The translations under genes and the position numbers were made by a program. The notes beneath the pieces are model-generated. The model saw only the letters and a program-made list of their open reading frames with translations. It did no database searches and was not told where the DNA came from. DNA of 32,000 bases from Mycolicibacterium smegmatis (lineage in GTDB: Bacteria; Actinomycetota; Actinomycetes; Mycobacteriales; Mycobacteriaceae): positions 5,640,001 to 5,672,000 of the forward strand of contig NZ_LN831039.1 of the NCBI RefSeq assembly GCF_001457595.1, read 5' to 3'. Below are positions 24,426 to 32,000 of this stretch, piece after piece. How positions within the stretch are numbered: the stretch's first letter is position 1; the number at the start of each line of letters is the position of its first letter.

Positions 24426-25379
24426 TTATCTGAGTGCCTCCTCGGCATGAGGGTGCCGTTGGCGATGGTAGTAGAGCGCTTCGGCCCGATCGGGGGTCAG
24501 GTCCTGGCAGTAGCCGTTGGGTCGCTGACGGTTGTAGAAGGCCACCCATTCGGCGGTCCCCAGCGCCAGTTCGGTGGCACCGGGATAGAGCGGCTGGCGG
24601 TCGATGAGTTCGGTCTTGTAGCTGCTGTTCACCGATTCGGCCAGAGCATTATCGAAACTATCCCCGACGGATCCGACTGAAGGCAGGATCCCCTCAGCGG
24701 CCAGACGTTCGGTGAACGCGACCGCGGTGTATTGCGAGCCCGCGTCGCTGTGGTGGATAAGTGAATCCAAAGATGCTGCACCCGAACGCTTTCTGGTGTC
24801 GATAGCGTGGTCGATCGCATCGGTCACCAGCTTCTGGGTCATCTCGGTAGCCACCTTCCAACCCACGATCTTGCGGGCATAGACATCGGTGACGAACGCC
24901 GTGTAGGCCCAGCCGGCACGAGTCCGGCAGTAGGTGAAATCGGCCACCCACAATCGGTCAGGCGCACCGGCGACGAAATTACGCCGGACCCGATCCGGGG
25001 CTCGCGTCGCTGCCGGATCGGCGACGGTGGTGCGCACCCGCCGGCGCTTGCACGCACCCCGCCAACCCATCTCCCGCATGACCCGTTCCACGACACAGCG
25101 CGATACGTCGATACCATTGGTGCGCAATACAATCCATGTCTTACGAGCGCCCAGGACTCGGTACAGACTCTGCGATTGGCGAAGCTGCCAGATCGCATCG
25201 ATCACCTGCGCATCGGCCCAGTCGGCTTTCGAGGGGCCCTGACGGGCGCGGTGGGCGTAATACGTCGACGGGGCGATCGTGACGCCGTACTCGGAAAGCA
25301 CAGCGCACATCGACTCGACACCCCACTTGAGACCATCAACGCCCACCCGCATGTGCTGGTGGGCGCTGATGAACTCCAC
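24426..25379 (-). CDS. IS3-family transposase OrfB (DDE integrase core)
   Basis: It contains RLWVADFTY, HSDAGSQYTA and DNALAESVNSSYKTELI (the D, D and E regions). It lies in the -1 frame relative to orfA, and that frame stays open far upstream of 25379. Confidence 0.9.
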   Translation of the reverse strand: MEFISAHQHMRVGVDGLKWGVESMCAVLSEYGVTIAPSTYYAHRARQGPSKADWADAQVIDAIWQLRQSQSLYRVLGARKTWIVLRTNGIDVSRCVVERVMREMGWRGACKRRRVRTTVADPAATRAPDRVRRNFVAGAPDRLWVADFTYCRTRAGWAYTAFVTDVYARKIVGWKVATEMTQKLVTDAIDHAIDTRKRSGAASLDSLIHHSDAGSQYTAVAFTERLAAEGILPSVGSVGDSFDNALAESVNSSYKTELIDRQPLYPGATELALGTAEWVAFYNRQRPNGYCQDLTPDRAEALYYHRQRHPHAEEALR

Positions 25380-25381
25380 GA

Positions 25382-25708
25382 CTACTGAGAGGGCCGGTCG
25401 AGCTCGGCGGCGAAGAAAACCGAGGCCGCCTTCAAGATCGCGTTGGCCCGCTTGAGTTCGGCATTCTCCCGGCGCAGCTTGCGCAGGACCTCGGATTCCT
25501 CGCTGGTCTGCCCCGCCCGAGAGCCGGCGTCGATCTCAGCCTGGCGGACCCATTTGCGCACCGTTTCGGCAGTACCGACGCCCAGCAGGTCAGCAACCCG
25601 GCCCATCGCCTCCCACTCCGAAACTGTCTCGCTGCGCAGATCGGCCACCATCTGCACCGCCCGCACCTTCAGCTCGTCTGGATACCGCCTCGATGACTTC
25701 GATCCCAC
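25382..25708 (-). CDS. IS3-family transposase OrfA (HTH + leucine-zipper)
   Basis: The protein is 108 aa with a GTG start. It contains [34 protein letters not shown] and [22 protein letters not shown]. Confidence 0.9.
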   Translation of the reverse strand: MGSKSSRRYPDELKVRAVQMVADLRSETVSEWEAMGRVADLLGVGTAETVRKWVRQAEIDAGSRAGQTSEESEVLRKLRRENAELKRANAILKAASVFFAAELDRPSQ

Positions 25709-25759
25709 GTGCCCATCCTTCCCAACGGAAGAACTCTCCAGACACGCCGGGGCGGATCA

Positions 25760-26051
25760 TGTTCTCGGCGACGGTTTTGGTGGGGTACAGCGCGTAGTTC
25801 TGGAACACCATCGCGATGTCGCGGTCTTTCGACGGCACACCGCGCATGTTGCGGCCACCGATCTCGATGTCACCCTCGTCGATGTCCTCGAGGCCGGCCA
25901 GCATGCGCAGCGCCGTGCTCTTGCCGGAACCGGACGGGCCCACCAGGACCACGAACTCACCGTCGGCGATGTCGAGGTTCAGCGAGTCGACCGCGAGCTT
26001 GTCGGAGCCCTCGTAGATGCACGAGGCGTTGCGGTAAGTGATAGCAGCCAT
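25760..26051 (-). pseudogene. 5' fragment of the same ABC ATP-binding gene (Walker A, Q-loop)
   Basis: [15 protein letters not shown]...[11 protein letters not shown] (Walker A)...[21 protein letters not shown], after which the sequence switches to the IS end. The two fragments together (minus one copy of the duplication) give 1086 nt, or 361 aa. Confidence 0.9.
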
Positions 26052-26066
26052 TGCGAATATCTCCCC

Positions 26067-26942
26067 TTACTTGATGGCCCCGAAGGACAGTCCACGTACC
26101 AGCTTGTTCTGCGCGACCCAACCCGCGAGAACCACAGGAAGCGCAGCCATGGTCGACGCTGCGCACAGCTTGGCCCAATACAGACCCTCACCGGCGATGA
26201 AGCCGACCAGGAACACCGGCATGGTCTGGGCCTGTACCGCAGTCAGATTGACCGCGAAGAAGAACTCGTTCCACGCGAAGATCACACAGATCAACGCCGT
26301 GGCCGCGATACCGGGCGACACGAGCGGCAGGATCACCTCACGCATCGACCGCCATGTGCTGGCACCGTCGAGGCTTGCCGCCTCAAGGAGTTCGCCGGGC
26401 ACTTCGAGGAAGAACGAACGCATCATCCACACCGCGATCGGCAGGTTCATCGCCGTGTACAGGATGATGAGTGCCCAGATGTTGTCCAGCAGACCGATGT
26501 TCGACACGATCACGTACATCGGGATGATCGCCGCGACGATCGGCAGCATCTTGGTGCTCATGAAGAAGAACAATGCGTCCTGGGTCTTGCGCACGGGCTT
26601 GAGCGAGAGCGCGAACGCGGCCGGGATGCCGAGCACGAGCACCAGGACGGTCGACGCCGTGGTGGCGAACAGCGAGTTCAGCAGGCTGGTGCCGACCCCC
26701 TGCGAGAACACGGCACGGAACTCGTCGAGGGTGGGGACGAAGAAGAACTTCGGTGTGACGGTGTAGGCGTCGACCTCTTGTTTGAACGCGGTGAGCACCA
26801 TCCAGAACACCGGGAAGAAGAACCCGAGGCCGACGATCCAGGCCACCACGCCCCACGGATCGAACTTGCGCCGCTTGACTTTGGTCCTCGGCCCGGGAGT
26901 GGGGGCCGGAGCCGTTGTCTTGGTTGCGGTATCGGTGGTCAT
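26067..26942 (-). CDS. Carbohydrate ABC transporter permease (MalG-like)
   Basis: The protein is about 291 aa with 6 TM segments. The EAA-type loop reads LEAASLDGASTWRSMREVILPL. Its start overlaps the upstream permease stop (GTGATGA). Confidence 0.9.
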   Translation of the reverse strand: MTTDTATKTTAPAPTPGPRTKVKRRKFDPWGVVAWIVGLGFFFPVFWMVLTAFKQEVDAYTVTPKFFFVPTLDEFRAVFSQGVGTSLLNSLFATTASTVLVLVLGIPAAFALSLKPVRKTQDALFFFMSTKMLPIVAAIIPMYVIVSNIGLLDNIWALIILYTAMNLPIAVWMMRSFFLEVPGELLEAASLDGASTWRSMREVILPLVSPGIAATALICVIFAWNEFFFAVNLTAVQAQTMPVFLVGFIAGEGLYWAKLCAASTMAALPVVLAGWVAQNKLVRGLSFGAIK

Positions 26943-27904
26943 CACGCCGCCTCCTGTGCACCGGAGAATGATTTGAAGATCAGTCGCAGCGCGAACGTCG
27001 CGATGATCATCGTGAAGATCACGACGATGACGCCCATCGCGGCGGCCTGGCCGATGTCGAAGCCCAGGAACGCGCGCTGATAGATGTAGAACGGCAGGTT
27101 CGCACTGGCCGTACCCGGCCCGCCCTGCGTCATCATGTAGATCTGGTCGAACGTGTTGACCAGGTAGATGGCACCCAGCACGGTTCCCAGTTCGATGAAC
27201 CGGCGCAGGTGCGGCAGCGTCAGTTCACGGAACAGTTGGAACGCGTTGGCGCCGTCGACTCGACCGGCCTCCAGGACGTCTCGCGGCATCGACTGGAGGC
27301 CGGCGAGGATCAGCAGCATCATGAACGGCGTCCACTGCCACACCAGGGCGACGATGATCGACGCGCGCGGGAACTCACCGATGAAATCGATGCCCCCGCC
27401 GGGCAGCAGCCAGTTCACGAAGCCGAACACCGGGTCGAGCATCGCGGTCTTCCACATCAGCGCTCCCGCAACGGGTGTCACGAGGAACGGCGTGATGAGC
27501 AGTGTGCGTACGACGCCGCGGCCCAGGAACACCCGGTCGAGCAGCAGCGCCAGCAGCAGGCCCAGTACGACCGAGATCAGCACCGTCAGCACGATGAAGA
27601 ACACCGAGTTGAAGGCCGCCTGCCAGAACGTGGCGTCCTGCACGACGTCGACGTAGTTCTGCAACCCGACGAACTCGCGGGATCCGGGTCGCACCAGGTT
27701 CCACGACAGCGTCGAGTAGTACAACGTGAACAGGAACGGGATCTGGGTGACGACGATCATGAAGATCAGCGCAGGCAGCAGCGGTCCGCGGCGGCGCCAG
27801 CCTTCGGCGCGTGAAACCCCGGGGTCCTGCGTCTTCTTGATACGTGCGACGTGTTCGGCCTCGGCGGCCGCCTCGGCCGAGGCTCTCTCCTCGGTGGTTG
27901 TCAT
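26942..27904 (-). CDS. Carbohydrate ABC transporter permease (MalF-like)
   Basis: It is 320 aa from MTTTEERAS. I counted 321 codons from the stop, which gives 'cat' at 27902-27904. The EAA loop reads LEAGRVDGANAFQLFRELTLPHL. An ATGA overlap links it to the binding-protein stop. The upstream part of the 511-aa ORF is shadow sequence. Confidence 0.9.
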   Translation of the reverse strand: MTTTEERASAEAAAEAEHVARIKKTQDPGVSRAEGWRRRGPLLPALIFMIVVTQIPFLFTLYYSTLSWNLVRPGSREFVGLQNYVDVVQDATFWQAAFNSVFFIVLTVLISVVLGLLLALLLDRVFLGRGVVRTLLITPFLVTPVAGALMWKTAMLDPVFGFVNWLLPGGGIDFIGEFPRASIIVALVWQWTPFMMLLILAGLQSMPRDVLEAGRVDGANAFQLFRELTLPHLRRFIELGTVLGAIYLVNTFDQIYMMTQGGPGTASANLPFYIYQRAFLGFDIGQAAAMGVIVVIFTMIIATFALRLIFKSFSGAQEAA

Positions 27905-29244
27905 GGCTTCTCCTGGTAGCTTCGGCCGACGACTTCGGCGTACTTCTGCGCCTGCTCCAGCGCCTCGTCGACGGACTTCTGCCCGGCGATGGCCGCGCTG
28001 ATCTGTTGGCTCACACGGGTTCCGAGGTCCTGGAACTCCGGGATCGCCAGGAACTGCACACCGGTGTACGGGACCGGTTGCACCGTGGGCTTGGCCGGAT
28101 CTGCGCCCTCGATGGAGTCGAGGGTGACCTGGCCGAACGCCGCGGAAGCTTCCTTGTACTCGGGGATCTCGTAGGTCGACAGGCGGCTGCCGGGTGGCAC
28201 GCGGGCCCATCCCAGTTCCTCGCCGACGAGGTGGATGTAGTCCTTGTCGGTCATCCACGAGATGAACTTCCACGCCGCGTCGGGCTTGTCGCTGCTCTTG
28301 GGGATGCCCAGCGCCCACGTGTACAGCCAGCCCGAGTTGGGCTTCTCCATCGTCGGCGCCATCGCGTAGCCGACCTTGCCGACGACGTTGGACGACGCGG
28401 GGTCCTCCACCGTCGAGACCGCCGAGGTGGCGTCGTACCACATCGCCGCGCGGCCCTGCGCGAACTGCGTCGCGCATTCACCGAAACCGGCTGCGGATGC
28501 GCCCGGTTCGCCGTATTCCCTGACGGTGTCGACGTAGAACTGCACGGCCTTGCGCACCTCGGGGCTGGTGAGCTGGGCGTTCCAGTCCATGTCGAACCAG
28601 CGGCCGCCGAAGGTGTTGATGACGGTGTCCAGCGGCGCGAGCACCTCACCCCATCCGGGCTTGCCGCGCAGGCAGATCCCGACCATGTCGGGCCCGTTGA
28701 GCTCGGCGGCCGCGTCGGCGACCTGCTGCCAGGTCGGCGTGCGGGGCATCTCGATGCCGGCCTGCTCGAACAGGTCCTTGCGGTACATCAGGAACGACGA
28801 TTCGCCGTAGAACGGCACCGAGTACATGTCGCCCTGATAGGACAGCGAGTCCTTGAGCGACGGGATGAAGTCGTCCTCGTCGTAGCCGGGCGTGTTGCGG
28901 GCGTAATCGGAAAGGTCGACCAGCCAACCGTTCTCGGCCCACTGCGGGGTCTCGTAGTTGCTGATCATCACGACGTCGAACTCACCGCCGCCCATGGCCG
29001 TCGAAGCGGTGATCTTGGCGCGGGCCTGGTTCTCGGACAACGTGACGAACCGCAGCTTGATGTCCGGGTTCTCCGCTTCGAACCGGCTGGACAGCTCACG
29101 CGCGTCGGTCATCTGAGAGTTGGACACCATGGCGATGGTGACCGTCTGATCGGTGGCGCCGAGTGTGCCCGCTCCGGCGCATCCGGCCGTCGCCGTCAAT
29201 CCCGCGGCTGCGATGCAGGCCGCCAATCTTCTCAACCGTTTCAC
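27901..29244 (-). CDS. Extracellular sugar/polyol-binding lipoprotein of the ABC transporter
   Basis: The protein is 447 aa. It has a lipobox LTATAGC after a basic N-terminus (MKRLRRLAA), and family-1 SBP features (YGESSFLMYRKDLFE, WGLGIP-like ALGIPKSS). Confidence 0.9.
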   Translation of the reverse strand: MKRLRRLAACIAAAGLTATAGCAGAGTLGATDQTVTIAMVSNSQMTDARELSSRFEAENPDIKLRFVTLSENQARAKITASTAMGGGEFDVVMISNYETPQWAENGWLVDLSDYARNTPGYDEDDFIPSLKDSLSYQGDMYSVPFYGESSFLMYRKDLFEQAGIEMPRTPTWQQVADAAAELNGPDMVGICLRGKPGWGEVLAPLDTVINTFGGRWFDMDWNAQLTSPEVRKAVQFYVDTVREYGEPGASAAGFGECATQFAQGRAAMWYDATSAVSTVEDPASSNVVGKVGYAMAPTMEKPNSGWLYTWALGIPKSSDKPDAAWKFISWMTDKDYIHLVGEELGWARVPPGSRLSTYEIPEYKEASAAFGQVTLDSIEGADPAKPTVQPVPYTGVQFLAIPEFQDLGTRVSQQISAAIAGQKSVDEALEQAQKYAEVVGRSYQEKP

Positions 29245-29257
29245 CTCTCATCACCTC

Positions 29258-30193
29258 TCATTGGTTCAACAGCCAACGGGCGCAATCGATATCGCACACC
29301 AGAAGCCGCGCCAGCTTGCCCCGCAGGGCACCGAGGATCGCCTGGTACTTACCGGCGCCCCCGGAGATCAGGATGGTCTTCTCGCACATGCGGATGTCCT
29401 CCAACGGGACCGACATCGCACGCTGCTGCAGTTCGTCGTGCACGGGCTCGCCGTGGGCGTTGAAGAACCGCCCGCCGATCTCGCCGACGGCGCCCATCGA
29501 CATGAGCTCGTCGAGCATCCGGATGTCGAGGAAACTGCCCTCGAACAACGTCGTCGACGTCGACACCGCGCCGACACCGAAGAGCATGGCCTGCGCGCGT
29601 CGTCCGGCGTCGAGGGTCCGGGAGATCACCGAGTCCTCGCGCATCGACACCACCGTCGCCGGGTCGGCGTAGAGCGGTGCGGGCAGCCGGAAGGTCTCGG
29701 CGCGCAACGTGTCCGCGCAGCGCGTGAGGATGGTTTCCATGCCGGTCTGATACGCCGCGGTGGACATGGCGCCGTCGAGCTGCACCACCGCACGACAACT
29801 CGCGATGCCGGGCACCAGGTTTGTCGCGACGCCCACCTGCTCGGGCCCCCACGTGAACCCCAGCACGTCGTCGGCGGCGATGCGGCGCATCAACAGCGCC
29901 GCGCCGGCCCGGCCGGCGTTGGTCGCGACGACGGCCTCGGTCAGCCCGAACCGGCGTTCCAGTTCGCGCTCTTCCTCGGCGTGTAGGTCGTCTTGGATGT
30001 CGGGCGGCACCACCACCTCGATGCGCACGAGGCCGTTGGCTTTGGCTTTCGCCACCAGCCGGCCGGCGGTCGGTCGGGAGACGCCGAGCCGCGAAGCGAT
30101 CTCGGCCTGCGTGAGGCCGTCCAGGTAATACAGCGTCGCCGCGCGGAGCGCGAGCCGCAGATCCTCCGGTGTCGGTTCGGGCACTTTCACCAC
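29258..30193 (-). CDS. SorC/DeoR-type sugar-binding transcriptional regulator
   Basis: The N-terminal HTH reads LYYLDGLTQAEIASRLGVSRPTAGRLVAKAKANGLVRI. The C-terminus is a sugar-phosphate-binding SorC domain (ILISGGAGKYQAILGALRG). Confidence 0.85.
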   Translation of the reverse strand: MVKVPEPTPEDLRLALRAATLYYLDGLTQAEIASRLGVSRPTAGRLVAKAKANGLVRIEVVVPPDIQDDLHAEEERELERRFGLTEAVVATNAGRAGAALLMRRIAADDVLGFTWGPEQVGVATNLVPGIASCRAVVQLDGAMSTAAYQTGMETILTRCADTLRAETFRLPAPLYADPATVVSMREDSVISRTLDAGRRAQAMLFGVGAVSTSTTLFEGSFLDIRMLDELMSMGAVGEIGGRFFNAHGEPVHDELQQRAMSVPLEDIRMCEKTILISGGAGKYQAILGALRGKLARLLVCDIDCARWLLNQ

Positions 30194-30247
30194 TTTCTGA
30201 CCGTGAACACTTGCTCACGGGTGCGAGTAGATGCTCAACACGCTAAC

Positions 30248-31684
30248 ATGAGGGGTGTGACGTACACAACACCTCCGACGAAGCTCTCGTCGTCGACACT
30301 CGAGCAGCTGACGATCCCCCACCCCAGCTACGACCGTGCAAAGGTGCAGATCGGCATCGTCCATTTCGGTGTCGGCGGGTTCCACCGCGCTCACCAGGCG
30401 ATGTACGTCGACAAGCTGCTCGAGATGGGCCTGGCGTCCGAGTGGGGCATCTGCGGGGTCGGGTTGCTGGCGAACGACCGCCGGATGGCCGAGGTGATGG
30501 AGGCCCAGGACGGGCTCTACACACTGTTGCTCGAACATCCCGACGGCCACCGCGAGGCGCGGGTGATCGGGTCGATCGTCGACTACCGGTACGCACCCGA
30601 CGATCAAGAAGGTGTCATCGAACTGCTGGCCGCACCGACCACCAAGATCATCTCGATGACCATCACCGAGGGCGGCTACTACATCGACTCGGCCCCCGAG
30701 ATCAACGTGTTCGGCCTGGTCACCGAGGCCCTCGTGCGCCGGCGCGACCGCGGCATCGGCTCACCGACCATAGTGTCGTGCGACAACATCGAGGGCAACG
30801 GCGACGTCGCCCGCAAGGCGTTCACCACCTACGCCGAGCGTGTCCATCCCGGTCTGGGCGAATGGATGTCCGCCAACACCCGTTTTCCCAATTCGATGGT
30901 CGACCGCATCACGCCTGTGACAACTCCCGAGGTGATCAGCACCGTCGAGCGCGAGTTCGGCGTGGCCGATCAGTGGCCCGTGGTGGCCGAACCGTTCACC
31001 ACGTGGGTGCTGGAGGACTCGTTCTCCGACGGCCGACCGCCGTATGAAGAGGTCGGCGTGATGGTCGTCGACGACGTCACGCCGTATGAGCTCATGAAGT
31101 TGCGCCTGCTCAACGCGAGCCATCAGGCCCTGTGCTACTTCGGGTACCTGGCCGGCTACCGGCTGGTGCACGACGCCGCGAGCGACCCGCTGTTCGCCGA
31201 TTTCCTGCTGGCGTACATGGATTCCGAGGCCACACCCACCCTGCAACCCGTGCCCGGCATCGACCTCGACGAGTACAAGCACACACTGATCGAGCGGTTC
31301 GCCAATCCCGGCGTGCGCGACACCATCGCGCGCCTGTGCTACGGATCCTCCGACCGCATCCCGAAGTGGCTGGTGCCCGTCATCCGCGAGAACCTCAAGA
31401 CCGGTGCGCCCATCCGCCTGTCCGCGGCCGTGGTGGCAAGTTGGGCACGCTACGCCGAAGGCGTAGACGAACAGGGCGAACCCATCAACGTCGAAGATCA
31501 ACTCGCCGACACCCTGGTGCCGATCGCCCTCAGCCAGCGTGAGCATCCGACGGCGTTCATCGAGAACACCGAGGTGTTCGGCGACCTCGCGTCGTCGCAG
31601 CGGTTCGTCGACGAGTATCTGTGGGCACTGGATTCGCTACACCGCCACGGGGCGCGGGCCACCCTGGAATCATTGCGCTCATGA
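30248..31684 (+). CDS. Mannitol 2-dehydrogenase family (long-chain polyol dehydrogenase)
   Basis: From the ATG at 30248 the protein contains IVHFGVGGFHRAHQAMY, SMTITEGGY, CDNIEGNGD, FPNSMVDRITP and KLRLLNASH, all hallmarks of the MtlK/UxuB family. The upstream 85 aa of the ORF are antisense to the SorC gene. Confidence 0.85.
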   Translation: MRGVTYTTPPTKLSSSTLEQLTIPHPSYDRAKVQIGIVHFGVGGFHRAHQAMYVDKLLEMGLASEWGICGVGLLANDRRMAEVMEAQDGLYTLLLEHPDGHREARVIGSIVDYRYAPDDQEGVIELLAAPTTKIISMTITEGGYYIDSAPEINVFGLVTEALVRRRDRGIGSPTIVSCDNIEGNGDVARKAFTTYAERVHPGLGEWMSANTRFPNSMVDRITPVTTPEVISTVEREFGVADQWPVVAEPFTTWVLEDSFSDGRPPYEEVGVMVVDDVTPYELMKLRLLNASHQALCYFGYLAGYRLVHDAASDPLFADFLLAYMDSEATPTLQPVPGIDLDEYKHTLIERFANPGVRDTIARLCYGSSDRIPKWLVPVIRENLKTGAPIRLSAAVVASWARYAEGVDEQGEPINVEDQLADTLVPIALSQREHPTAFIENTEVFGDLASSQRFVDEYLWALDSLHRHGARATLESLRS

Positions 31685-32000
31685 GCCGTGCTCTGGTCAT
31701 CGGTGAGGCACTGATCGACATCGTCGAGCGAGAAGGGCAGGTCGTCGGCGAGCACGTCGGCGGCAGCCCGCTCAACGTCGCAGTCGGGCTCGGCCGGTTG
31801 GGCCGCGACGTCGACTTCCTCACCCACATCGCCGATGACCCCCGCGGCCGGCGCATCGTCGATTACCTGAAAGCCTCTGGCGTGCAGCTTGTTCCGGGAT
31901 CGACATCGGCCAAGAAGACGCCGACGGCGCAGGCCAGGCTCGACGCCGCAGGCTCGGCCACCTACGAGTTCGACATCGACTGGCAGCTCGCGGGCACGGC
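31681..32000 (+). CDS. PfkB-family carbohydrate kinase (fructokinase-like), N-terminal part, runs off the window end
   Basis: It is not in the ORF track. My translation from the ATG at 31681 (ATGA overlap with the dehydrogenase stop) reads MSRALVIGEALIDIVEREGQVVGEHVGGSPLNVAVGLGRLGRDVDFLTHIADDPRGRRIVDYLKASGV... Confidence 0.75.
   Translation, partial: MSRALVIGEALIDIVEREGQVVGEHVGGSPLNVAVGLGRLGRDVDFLTHIADDPRGRRIVDYLKASGVQLVPGSTSAKKTPTAQARLDAAGSATYEFDIDWQLAGT

Larger units (their letters stand above)
24396..25759 (-). mobile_element. IS3-family insertion sequence, 1364 bp, with 24-bp imperfect terminal inverted repeats and a 3-bp target duplication
   Basis: The left end is tgatccgccccggcatgtcgggag (24396-24419). 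The reverse complement of the right end (25736-25759) is tgatccgccccggcgtgtctggag, matching 22/24. The termini are TG...CA. The direct repeat tgt sits at 24393-24395 and 25760-25762. Removing the element and one repeat copy restores ...TVAENMGFALKL.... The size and family resemble M. smegmatis IS1137 as I remember it, which I could not verify. Confidence 0.9.

Noticed and set aside
25385-25425. Canonical IS3 A-AAA-AAG programmed -1 frameshift signal
   Set aside because: It is not present in the orfA/orfB overlap. Only a GGTTTTC run is present, so the frameshift mechanism is left open rather than asserted.
25443-27080. 545-aa plus-strand ORF
   Set aside because: It runs antisense across IS orfA, the ATPase 5' fragment and a permease gene, has His/Arg/Asp-rich composition, and crosses the IS boundary. 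It cannot be an ancestral gene.
27844-29463. 539-aa plus-strand ORF
   Set aside because: It is antisense to the solute-binding lipoprotein gene and has shadow-frame composition.

Overview
This is a high-GC actinobacterial chromosome segment. The G+C content is about two thirds by eye and was not computed. The gene content looks like Mycolicibacterium (M. smegmatis-like): LigD with Pol-PE-Lig domain order, an F420-type LLM oxidoreductase, cobF, rnhA and an IS3-family element. The species assignment is inference only. I support about 35 genes and found no rRNA, tRNA or CRISPR.

Gene order, left to right:
- a truncated secreted Gly-rich repeat protein, an SDR, an Fpg/Nei glycosylase and a FUSC-type membrane protein
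- a holin-like protein with cobF, then a diiron oxygenase fused to DUF4873
- a three-gene CheB-like / STAS-anti-sigma-kinase / CheR-PAS cluster
- a convergent GAF-ANTAR gene followed by a His-heptad protein
- an LLM oxidoreductase, an MFS transporter, two small secreted proteins and a frameshifted sugar porter
- a VOC protein, rnhA, an HPP protein, a GlxA/AraC regulator with an NQO-like reductase, a nitrobindin-like protein, MarR and ligD
- a SorC-regulated sugar-alcohol ABC operon whose ATPase gene is split by an IS3-family element, plus a divergent mannitol-dehydrogenase/fructokinase pair

The most interesting region is 6.35-10.05 kb. A chemotaxis-type methylesterase and methyltransferase pair sits there with no other che genes, bracketing a fused partner-switching protein behind a SigF-like promoter. 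Both enzymes carry an in-frame TAG exactly where homologues have a conserved Tyr. The CheR-like protein contains an 8 x 7-aa EELQSTN/EELETTN repeat that could be its own methylation substrate.

Many long ORFs in the track are high-GC shadow frames and were rejected.
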